From a virus (lineage: Duplodnaviria > Heunggongvirae > Uroviricota > Caudoviricetes): a stretch of 9,366 nt of DNA. Positions 1 to 5,571 of this stretch are shown here, one piece after another (position 1 is the stretch's first letter; each line of letters starts with the position of its first letter). The notes under the pieces are model-generated. The model had not been told where the DNA came from. It ran no database searches and was given only the letters and a program-made list of their open reading frames with translations. The position numbers were made by a program, and so were the translations under genes. The DNA is taken from the IMG/VR virus record IMGVR_UViG_2675903425_000024. The stretch is one strand, 5' to 3'.

Positions 1-123
1 AGGAGAGCGCGCTGGCGTGCTGGGGAATCGACAGATAAGCAGAATATTTTGCTGAAAAATGACGTTGGCCAGCGCGGGCGGATAACACGAAATCCTGCGA
101 ACTGGCAAAATGTAAGTGAATAA
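1..123 (+). CDS. 3' end of an unidentified upstream ORF (partial, runs off window start)
   Basis: Frame 1 is open from base 1 to TAA at 121-123 (about 40 codons) and is followed by a hairpin plus T-rich tract. No family motif recognisable in the fragment. Its position upstream of ant-Rz would fit the tail of an endolysin gene, but that is unverified. Confidence 0.2.
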   Translation, partial: RRARWRAGESTDKQNILLKNDVGQRGRITRNPANWQNVSE

Positions 124-147
124 AGTTAGGCAGATTATTTCACGCAG

Positions 148-177
148 AGGCACCGTAATGGTGCCTTTGTCATTTCT
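148..177 (+). terminator. Candidate rho-independent terminator
   Basis: Inverted repeat aGGCACC-gtaat-GGTGCCt (148-166, 7 bp stem) followed immediately by the T-rich tract tttgtcatttct. It lies 25 nt after the frame-1 stop at 121-123. Confidence 0.5.
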
Positions 178-225
178 GCGCTTCGCACAAGCGTAAATAA
201 ACCAAAGAACCTTTCAGGATGAGCC

Positions 226-277
226 CTGGTGGATAACCGGCAGTGGTCTGGTTAACCCTCTTTGGGCTGGTTATTCC
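226..277 (+). promoter_or_regulatory. Three direct repeats of a CTGGT(T/G)...(A/T)ACC/TTCC element upstream of the antirepressor gene (operator-like)
   Basis: ctggtggataacc (226-238), ctggttaaccc (248-258) and ctggttattcc (267-277), spaced about 19-22 bp apart. The middle copy contains the perfect palindrome GGTTAACC (250-257). Located 35-85 bp upstream of the ATG at 312. Confidence 0.3.
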
Positions 278-311
278 TGTGCGCAGGGTTCATCACTAAA
301 AGGAATCAACC

Positions 312-1007
312 ATGAAAGAGATGATTTCTGTCGATCATGAAATATCCATGAGTAGTCTGGATTTTCTGAATAACATTATTAATCCAGCCCGGGCAGAAGC
401 CGGAGAAGTCCCTCATGAACCGCGTAAGTTTCTTGCAAAAATTGAGGATGAGCTAGAGCTTGATGGAACCGGAAAAAAATTCCGGTTAAACAATAACCAG
501 ACAAGAACGGCATACTATGATCTGGATTTTGACCAGATGATGCTCGTTGGCATGAGGGAGTCAAAGGCCGTTCGTCGTTCTGTGCTGGCAAGACTCAAAG
601 CGATGCATGGTATTCAGATCCCCCGGACTTTACCTGAGGCGTTGCGATTTGCGGCAAAACTGGCTGAACAGAAAGCAGTGCTGGAAAATCAACTGGCAAT
701 AGCAGCGCCGAAGGCTGAATTTGTTGATAACTATGTTGAAGCATCTGGTCTGATGGGATTCCGGGAAGTTGCTAAGTTACTCGGTATCAAAGAAACCGAT
801 TTCCGGCTGTTTTTGTTGGAGAACGGAATAATGTATCGCCTCGCTGGAAAAATGACGCCTTACTCGCATCACCTGGATGCGGGGCGGTTTAGCGTGAAAA
901 CGGGCGAGGCGGGCAATGGTCATGCTTTTACGCAGGTTAAATTCACCCCAAAAGGTGTTCAGTGGATTGCTGGTCTGCTTGCTGCATGGAGAGCTACCGC
1001 AGCATGA
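312..1007 (+). CDS. Phage antirepressor, AntA-like N-terminal domain plus KilA-C (ANT) C-terminal domain
   Basis: 231-aa ORF with an AGGA Shine-Dalgarno at 301-304, 7 nt before the ATG. The C-terminal half (AAPKAEFVDNYVEASGLMGFREVAKLLGI...MYRLAGKMTPYSHHLDAGRF...) matches my recollection of the KilA-C/ANT domain, and the N-terminal part (KFRLNNNQTRTAYYDLDFDQMMLVGMRESKAVRR) resembles the AntA/AntB domain. Recalled from memory, not searched. Confidence 0.85.
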   Translation: MKEMISVDHEISMSSLDFLNNIINPARAEAGEVPHEPRKFLAKIEDELELDGTGKKFRLNNNQTRTAYYDLDFDQMMLVGMRESKAVRRSVLARLKAMHGIQIPRTLPEALRFAAKLAEQKAVLENQLAIAAPKAEFVDNYVEASGLMGFREVAKLLGIKETDFRLFLLENGIMYRLAGKMTPYSHHLDAGRFSVKTGEAGNGHAFTQVKFTPKGVQWIAGLLAAWRATAA

Positions 1008-1099
1008 AGATGATAAAAACGGACTGGAAATTTTTGCTGGTCTGGCTGATTCCGTTTTTATGGGTGGTTGCCCGGTTAATTACTGCTATTAAGGGGTAA
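1004..1099 (+). CDS. Tiny hydrophobic peptide (31 aa, one predicted TM helix), hypothetical
   Basis: ATG at 1004 overlaps the antirepressor stop (ATGA, 1004-1007). Translation MKMIKTDWKFLLVWLIPFLWVVARLITAIKG, stop TAA at 1097-1099. GGAGAG lies about 10 nt upstream. Below the size cut-off of the ORF track; no homology claim. Confidence 0.3.
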   Translation: MKMIKTDWKFLLVWLIPFLWVVARLITAIKG

Positions 1100-1101
1100 A
1101 G

Positions 1102-1233
1102 ATGTCAGACAAACTCATAATGCTGGCGAAGGGCCTTTGTGTAATCGTCGGTATTTCATTTTCACTAATGCTGGTTGTTCTTTTTCTTTCCATAACCTGG
1201 ATGGCGTTGACTTCGGCAGGGCTGGTGGGGTGA
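1102..1233 (+). CDS. Small membrane protein (43 aa, one predicted TM helix), hypothetical; possible lysis-associated peptide
   Basis: Strong SD AAGGGG (1091-1096) 5 nt before ATG 1102. Translation MSDKLIMLAKGLCVIVGISFSLMLVVLFLSITWMALTSAGLVG, stop TGA 1231-1233. Starts 2 nt after the preceding tiny ORF and ends 11 nt before the putative Rz start. Confidence 0.45.
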   Translation: MSDKLIMLAKGLCVIVGISFSLMLVVLFLSITWMALTSAGLVG

Positions 1234-1244
1234 GCATAAACCGA

Positions 1245-1594
1245 ATGCTTTCCGCGTNNNNNNNNNNNNNNNNNNNNNNNNNNNNNNNNNNNNNNNNNNN
1301 NNNNNNNCGTTATTCTGCTGGTGGTCTGTGGTGCGCTTAGTCTGGGGCTGAATCATTACCGCGATAACGTCATCACCTACAAAGCGCAGCGCGATAAAAA
1401 AGCCAGAGAGCTGGAGCTGGCAAACGCAACCATTACTGATATGCAGGTGCGCCAGCGCGATGTTGCTGCGCTCGATGCAAAATACTCGAGGGAATTAGCC
1501 GATGCGAGAGCTGAAAATGANNNNNNNNNNNNNNNNNNNNNNNNNNNNNNNNNNNNNNGCACAGGACTATATCCGCACTCAGTGCCTGAACTAA
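1245..1594 (+). CDS. Rz: Rz-like inner-membrane spanin (i-spanin), interrupted by two N-runs; embedded Rz1 probably hidden in the masked part
   Basis: After the first N-run, frame 1 reads [70 protein letters not shown], closely matching my recollection of lambda Rz. After the second N-run, frame 2 reads [11 protein letters not shown] then TAA (1592-1594), resembling the lambda Rz C-terminus (...QKYINEQCR). Candidate start ATG 1245 (MLSA...) precedes the first N-run. Frames do not connect across either N-run, so the N lengths are not the true lengths. Confidence 0.7.
1258..1307. other. Run of 50 N (masked or assembly gap)
   Basis: Directly visible; falls in the N-terminal region of the Rz-like gene. 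Confidence 0.99.
1521..1558. other. Run of 38 N (masked or assembly gap)
   Basis: Directly visible; falls in the C-terminal half of the Rz-like gene, where the embedded Rz1 lipoprotein gene would be expected. Confidence 0.99.
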
Positions 1595-1869
1595 GTTTTG
1601 CTGATGCGCCGTATCGTCGCTGTATTCCCTCATTAACAGAGACCGCAGCCCGACAGGGAGACTCCTCTGCGCGAGTGTGCGGGGAGAATCAAAAACGATA
1701 CGCACCGGGGTTTACCGCGTTAACGGAGCGCGGCGTTGTCCCCTCATGGTCGCTGGTTCGGTGCGATGGTGGAAGAAACCGGACGATGTGTTACCTCGCA
1801 AGACCTGTTATGTCATGTGTCTGATTTGTGATTTAAGTCGGATAATTGTCGTTGCCATTAAGCAGAGGA

Positions 1870-1900
1870 TTGATGGCCGACAGGGTGGCATTGTTAGAAT
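1870..1900 (+). promoter_or_regulatory. Candidate sigma70 promoter for the lipoprotein gene
   Basis: TTGATG (1870-1875), 19 nt spacer, then TGtTAGAAT (extended -10, hexamer 1895-1900), about 33 nt upstream of the start codon at 1933. Spacer is longer than optimal; pattern match only. Confidence 0.3.
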
Positions 1901-1932
1901 AAGACTTATTCTTATCTGTGCCGGGAATGAAA

Positions 1933-2259
1933 ATGAAAAGAAATCTTCCGTTAATTATTTTGTTGTCTTCTCTGGTTATGGGCTGTACGCAACATAAAAC
2001 AGATATGCCCCGACAGTTGGTTAAGGCATTACCACAATATCCGGCCTATGCAGCGGCAAATTATATAAAGGGACGGGTTGATGTGAAGTTTGATATTGGT
2101 GCTGATGGTACTGTCACCCGAATTGAGTTTATCCGTTCAGAGCCGCACCATCTGTTTGATGAGCAGGTTGTAAAGGCGATGGCAAAATGGCGATTTGAGA
2201 AGGACAGGCCGCGTAAAGGCGTGAAGAAAACGTTTATCTTTAGTCCTTCTGCACCCTGA
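1933..2259 (+). CDS. Outer-membrane lipoprotein consisting of a TonB C-terminal-like domain (moron)
   Basis: Signal peptide with lipobox (MKRNLPLIILLSSLVMG|C, +2 residue Thr, so predicted outer-membrane sorting). The body (YPAYAAANYIKGRVDVKFDIGADGTVTRIEFIRSEPHHLFDEQVVKAMAKWRFEKDRPRKG) aligns by eye with the E. coli TonB C-terminal domain ([61 protein letters not shown]). Alternative starts GTG 1918 or ATG 1927; GGGA at 1923-1926 favours 1933. Confidence 0.8.
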   Translation: MKRNLPLIILLSSLVMGCTQHKTDMPRQLVKALPQYPAYAAANYIKGRVDVKFDIGADGTVTRIEFIRSEPHHLFDEQVVKAMAKWRFEKDRPRKGVKKTFIFSPSAP

Positions 2260-2390
2260 TTATTTCATCAGAAATTAATTATCACTCTGTTGTTATTCTG
2301 TACATTCCGGCTGGGTAAGTCTTGTTCCGCCGGGTATGAAGATGAAATATTGTTGGAGGACAGTGGGTACCTGCTCCTGTAACCGAACGT

Positions 2391-2591
2391 TCATTTCTCG
2401 TTATTTGTCATGCTGGCCGGACGCAGATGCGTTGCATCTGTTGCCAGCCTTCTCCTGCAGGCTTCAATAACCCACGCTGAAAAGTTACCGGAACCTTTAT
2501 GTTCAAGGGCGATATTGATCTGTTCAATCATGTGATTGGGGAAACGGATATTGCGGGTTGTGGTTCTGCGGGTCCGGTTTTTCGATGACAT
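2391..2591 (-). CDS. Ribbon-helix-helix (Arc/Mnt/CopG-like) DNA-binding protein
   Basis: 66-aa product MSSKNRTRRTTTRNIRFPNHMIEQINIALEHKGSGNFSAWVIEACRRRL... The N(I/L)R(F/W)P beta-strand followed by helix and the G-S-x-N-S/F motif matches the Arc/Mnt pattern. Start chosen at the internal ATG (plus 2589-2591) with SD AAGGA 7 nt upstream; the longer track ORF (to 2651) would overlap the divergent HNH start. Confidence 0.7.
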   Translation of the reverse strand: MSSKNRTRRTTTRNIRFPNHMIEQINIALEHKGSGNFSAWVIEACRRRLATDATHLRPASMTNNEK

Positions 2592-2632
2592 ATTTATTTC
2601 CTTTACTGATTGCCATATGACGGGGATTTTAC

Positions 2633-2998
2633 ATGGCTGAGCTTCGTACACTCCAGAGCAGAATCAAAACACTGAATACCCGACGGGTGAATATTCTGAA
2701 GGGTGAACAGCGTCGTGTCAGTGGCAGTGCACGTGTTTCCCTCAAGCGTCATATCTGGCTCAGGGATGCCGGGCAGTGCTGTCTCTGTGGTCGTGTGGTT
2801 GACCTCTGTGACAGTGAACTCGATCACCGAATTGCACTTCAGTTCGGTGGTGGTAATGAGGAGACGAATCTCTGGACGCTCTGTACCGAATGCCATCGAC
2901 AAAAGTCTGCTCGTGAAGCGGCGGGTGGTATGCCGGACCCGACGCTGCCGGAGGTGTCCGGAGGTAGTGGCAGAGCGGACGACATCATCGGACTGTAA
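2633..2998 (+). CDS. HNH endonuclease (terminase-associated, HK97 gp74-like role)
   Basis: 121-aa ORF with the HNH/zinc-finger signature CCLCGRVVDLCDSELDHRIALQFGGGNEETNLWTLCTECHRQKS (Cys-x2-Cys...His...Asn...Cys-x2-Cys-His). It sits immediately upstream of the probable cos region and terminase genes, the canonical arrangement in HK97-like cos phages. Confidence 0.85.
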   Translation: MAELRTLQSRIKTLNTRRVNILKGEQRRVSGSARVSLKRHIWLRDAGQCCLCGRVVDLCDSELDHRIALQFGGGNEETNLWTLCTECHRQKSAREAAGGMPDPTLPEVSGGSGRADDIIGL

Positions 2999-3088
2999 CC
3001 CGAGCGGGGGGGTATCATCCGGCGTAAAAAACGATCGCTCCGGACACCGCGCCCCCTCTCACGCAGAGAAAAAATTCCCGTTTCAGGG

Positions 3089-3215
3089 CAGTTAACATGT
3101 TAACTGGCTGCCCGGGCATTTTTGCGGTTTTTATCTTTATTATTCAGTTTGTTGTGCGGAAAAAATGTTAACAGGCTTTTTCAGCAAATGTTAACCAGGC
3201 AGCAGTTAACATTTG
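3089..3215. promoter_or_regulatory. Probable terminase recognition region (cos/cosB-like): cluster of GTTAAC-centred palindromic and repeated elements
   Basis: Perfect 18-bp palindrome CAGTTAACATGTTAACTG (3089-3106) followed by AAATGTTAACAGG (about 3162-3175), AAATGTTAACCAGG (3186-3199) and inverted CAGTTAACATTT (3203-3214): five GTTAAC cores in about 120 bp. An A/T-rich tract (3121-3150) lies between. Located in the 288-bp non-coding gap between the HNH gene and terS. Confidence 0.5.
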
Positions 3216-3286
3216 CGGCATGAGACGCCGGGAAAAATGGGCTGAACCATACCCGGCTGAGTGCGTTCTGGACCCGGGAGGAGGCT

Positions 3287-3850
3287 GTGCTGACAACGCA
3301 AAAACGAAAATTTGCGCTGGCGCTCATGTCCGGGAAAAACAAAACAGCGTCAGCCCTTGCCGCCGGTTATTCGGCGAAGACAGCCAGGGTTAAAGGCTCG
3401 CAGCTGGCAAAAGATCCGGAGGTGCTTGCGTTTATAGCCCGTAAACAGTGCGAGACGGTGGAGGTGGATGAGGTTCCTGTTTATCGGCAGAAAAAATCAG
3501 AGCCGGAGGATAAACCCCGTCGCCGTGAGGCGGCTGCAATACCACAGCCGGACGAAACAAATCCGGAGATGCCACCGCCCGTGGTGATATCTCCTGGTAT
3601 TGAGTATATGGAGGACGGTCTTCCCGATCCGGTGAAAGCGATGGGGCGTCTTCTGGTGGAGAACATTAATACCGACCCCAGGCTGGCGCTGGATGCGGCT
3701 TATAAGCTGGCGCAGTTCACGCACCACAAAAAAGGGGATGCCGGTAAAAAATCGGCAAAAGGTGACGCGGCGAAAAAAGCGGCTAACCGTTTTGCGGTGC
3801 CACCACCACCCCGCCTGGTGGTGAATAATGATAATGAGGGCAACGGATGA
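3287..3850 (+). CDS. terS: Terminase small subunit (Terminase_2 / P27-family type)
   Basis: GTG start at 3287 preceded by the strong SD GGGAGGAGG (3275-3283). The N-terminus (TQKRKFALALMSGKNKTASALAAGYSAKTARVKGSQLAKDPEVLAFI) matches the helix-turn-helix signature of small terminase subunits (...KQ..F......A...AGYS.KTA..GS.L...P.V...I). Stop overlaps the terL start (ATGA). Confidence 0.8.
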   Translation: MLTTQKRKFALALMSGKNKTASALAAGYSAKTARVKGSQLAKDPEVLAFIARKQCETVEVDEVPVYRQKKSEPEDKPRRREAAAIPQPDETNPEMPPPVVISPGIEYMEDGLPDPVKAMGRLLVENINTDPRLALDAAYKLAQFTHHKKGDAGKKSAKGDAAKKAANRFAVPPPPRLVVNNDNEGNG

Positions 3851-5508
3851 TACCTGTGTGGAGCACGGCCTGCCCGGACTGGGCAGAGCGCCTGAAAAAG
3901 GGGCTGTCGATTATTCCGGCTCCGATTTATCCGGAGCAGGCCGCACATGCCCTGGCGATTTTTAAACAACTGCGGATTGTGGATGCACCGGGCAGCCCGA
4001 CGTTCGGGGAGTCCTGCGCACAGTGGGTGTTTGACCTGGTGGCGGCCCTGTTTGGCTCCTACGATGCGCAGACCGGTGTACGCCATATCAAGGAAGTTTT
4101 TATCCTTATCCCCAAGAAAAACAGCAAGTCCACGCTGGCTGCCGGGATCATGATGACGGCGCTGTTACTGAACTGGCGGCAGGCGGCGGGCTACACCATT
4201 CTGGCCCCGACCGTGGAGGTGGCGGCTAACGCCTTCAACCCTGCCAGGGATATGGTACGACGGGACGATGATCTGGATGACCTCTGTCAGGTGCAGACAC
4301 ATATCCGGACCATCACCCACAGGGTGACGGACACCACCCTGAAGGTGGTGGCTGCCGATCCGAATACGGTATCCGGTATCAAGTCCGTGGGGACGCTGAT
4401 TGATGAACTGTGGTTATTTGGCAAGCAGTACAAAGCGGAGGACATGTTACGTGAAGCCATAGGCGGCCTTGCCTCCCGCCCGGAAGGGTTTGTGGTGTAT
4501 ACGACCACCCAGTCGAATGAGCCGCCAGCCGGGGTGTTCAGACAGAAACTGCAGTACGCCCGGGATGTCCGTGACGGCAAAATTCATGATCCGCACTTTC
4601 TGCCGGTGATTTTTGAGCATCCTCCTGAAATGGTGGAAAGCGGGGCTCACCTGCTGATGGAAAACCTCGCCATGGTTAACCCGAATCTCGGTTATTCGGT
4701 GGATGAGGCTTTTCTGTACCGGGAGTACCGTAAAGCCCGGGAGGCTGGTGAGGAAGCATTTCGTGGCTTCATGTCAAAACATGCCAATGTGGAAATTGGT
4801 CTTGCCCTGCGTTCTGACCGCTGGGCGGGTGCGGATTTCTGGGAGCAGCAGGGCAGGCGCGTCAGCCTGGACGATATCCTGCAGCGCGCTGATGTGGTGA
4901 CGGTGGGGATTGACGGCGGGGGCCTGGATGATCTGCTGGGAATGTACGTGATTGGCCGTGACAGGGAAACCCGCGAATGGCTGGGCTGGGGCCATGCCTG
5001 GGCGCATGAAACCGCGGTGGTCCGACGGAAGAGCGAGGCGTCCCGGTTTCAGGATCTTGTTGCCTGTGGAGATATGACCATTGTCCGGCGTGTCGGGGAT
5101 GACACGGCGGAAGTGGCGGAATATGTGCGTCGCATTCATGAGGCTGAGTTACTGGACCATATCGGTATTGACCCGTCAGGGGTGGGGCAGATTCTGGATT
5201 CACTGGCGGAAGCCGGGATCCCCGACGGAATTGTGGTGGGGATAAGCCAGGGCTGGAAACTGGGCGGGGCCATTAAAACCACCGAGCGCAAACTGGCTGA
5301 AGGGGTGCTGGTGCATGGTGACCAGCCCCTGATGGCCTGGTGTGTCGGCAATGCCCGGGTGGAGCCTAAAGGTAACGCCATTCTTATCACCAAACAGGCC
5401 AGTGGACGGGGAAAAATTGACCCGCTGATGGCGCTGTTCAATGCGGTCTCCCTGATGTCCCTTAACCCGGAACCGAAAAAGAAAGAATATGCGGTTTTTT
5501 TCATATAA
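3847..5508 (+). CDS. terL: Terminase large subunit (ATPase/nuclease)
   Basis: 553-aa ORF overlapping terS by 4 nt. Walker-A-like P-loop (ILIPKKNSKST), overall length and context typical of HK97-like large terminases. Followed by head genes. Confidence 0.92.
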   Translation: MIPVWSTACPDWAERLKKGLSIIPAPIYPEQAAHALAIFKQLRIVDAPGSPTFGESCAQWVFDLVAALFGSYDAQTGVRHIKEVFILIPKKNSKSTLAAGIMMTALLLNWRQAAGYTILAPTVEVAANAFNPARDMVRRDDDLDDLCQVQTHIRTITHRVTDTTLKVVAADPNTVSGIKSVGTLIDELWLFGKQYKAEDMLREAIGGLASRPEGFVVYTTTQSNEPPAGVFRQKLQYARDVRDGKIHDPHFLPVIFEHPPEMVESGAHLLMENLAMVNPNLGYSVDEAFLYREYRKAREAGEEAFRGFMSKHANVEIGLALRSDRWAGADFWEQQGRRVSLDDILQRADVVTVGIDGGGLDDLLGMYVIGRDRETREWLGWGHAWAHETAVVRRKSEASRFQDLVACGDMTIVRRVGDDTAEVAEYVRRIHEAELLDHIGIDPSGVGQILDSLAEAGIPDGIVVGISQGWKLGGAIKTTERKLAEGVLVHGDQPLMAWCVGNARVEPKGNAILITKQASGRGKIDPLMALFNAVSLMSLNPEPKKKEYAVFFI

Positions 5509-5533
5509 CCCTGTTCACACTGTAACCATCATG

Positions 5534-5559
5534 AACCGCTGCGGCGGTTTTTTTATTTT
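5534..5559 (+). terminator. Weak intrinsic terminator or attenuator between terL and the head gene
   Basis: Short GC stem aaCCGC-tgcg-GCGGtt (5534-5549) followed by TTTTTTTATTTT (about 5548-5559), immediately upstream of SD AGGAGG (5561-5566) and GTG 5572. Confidence 0.4.
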
Positions 5560-5571
5560 CAGGAGGCTGAT

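Noticed and set aside
1137-1340. 67-aa frame-3 ORF from the track spanning the first N-run
   Set aside because: Out of frame with the well-supported small membrane ORF (1102-1233) and mostly composed of translated N.
1321-1824. 167-aa frame-1 ORF from the track, read across the second N-run
   Set aside because: Only the part before the N-run is Rz-like. The Rz-like C-terminus after the gap is in frame 2 and stops at 1594; the frame-1 continuation ([21 protein letters not shown]...) looks non-coding. The track ORF is an artefact of translating through N.
1677-1997. 106-aa + ORF in the Rz-lipoprotein spacer
   Set aside because: No RBS, odd composition, and it overlaps the lipoprotein start in another frame; the region is more plausibly promoter and UTR.
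2260-2390. Terminator between the convergent lipoprotein and RHH genes
   Set aside because: Only weak, long-loop pairings (CCGGC...GCCGG) without a T-run on either strand; not convincing enough to annotate.
2603-2902. 99-aa minus-strand ORF antisense to HNH, and the long version of the RHH ORF (start at 2651)
   Set aside because: The antisense ORF has no support. The extended RHH start would overlap the divergent HNH start and lacks an RBS, whereas the internal ATG has a good AAGGA.
2703-3095. 130-aa + strand ORF overlapping the HNH gene in another frame
   Set aside because: The HNH frame carries a clear catalytic motif; the alternative frame is Ser/Val/Arg-rich with no motif and would run through the cos-region repeats.
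3089-3215. Possibility that the GTTAAC repeat cluster is a CRISPR array or IS inverted repeats
   Set aside because: Repeats are short (about 10-18 bp), irregularly spaced and in mixed orientation, with no spacer structure and no transposase nearby; position fits a terminase recognition region.
3700-5504. Several minus-strand ORFs (3700-4086, 4287-4580, 4774-5139, 4862-5203, 5136-5504) within terS/terL
   Set aside because: All antisense to the terminase genes, with Pro/Arg/Gly-rich compositions and no start context; treated as spurious.
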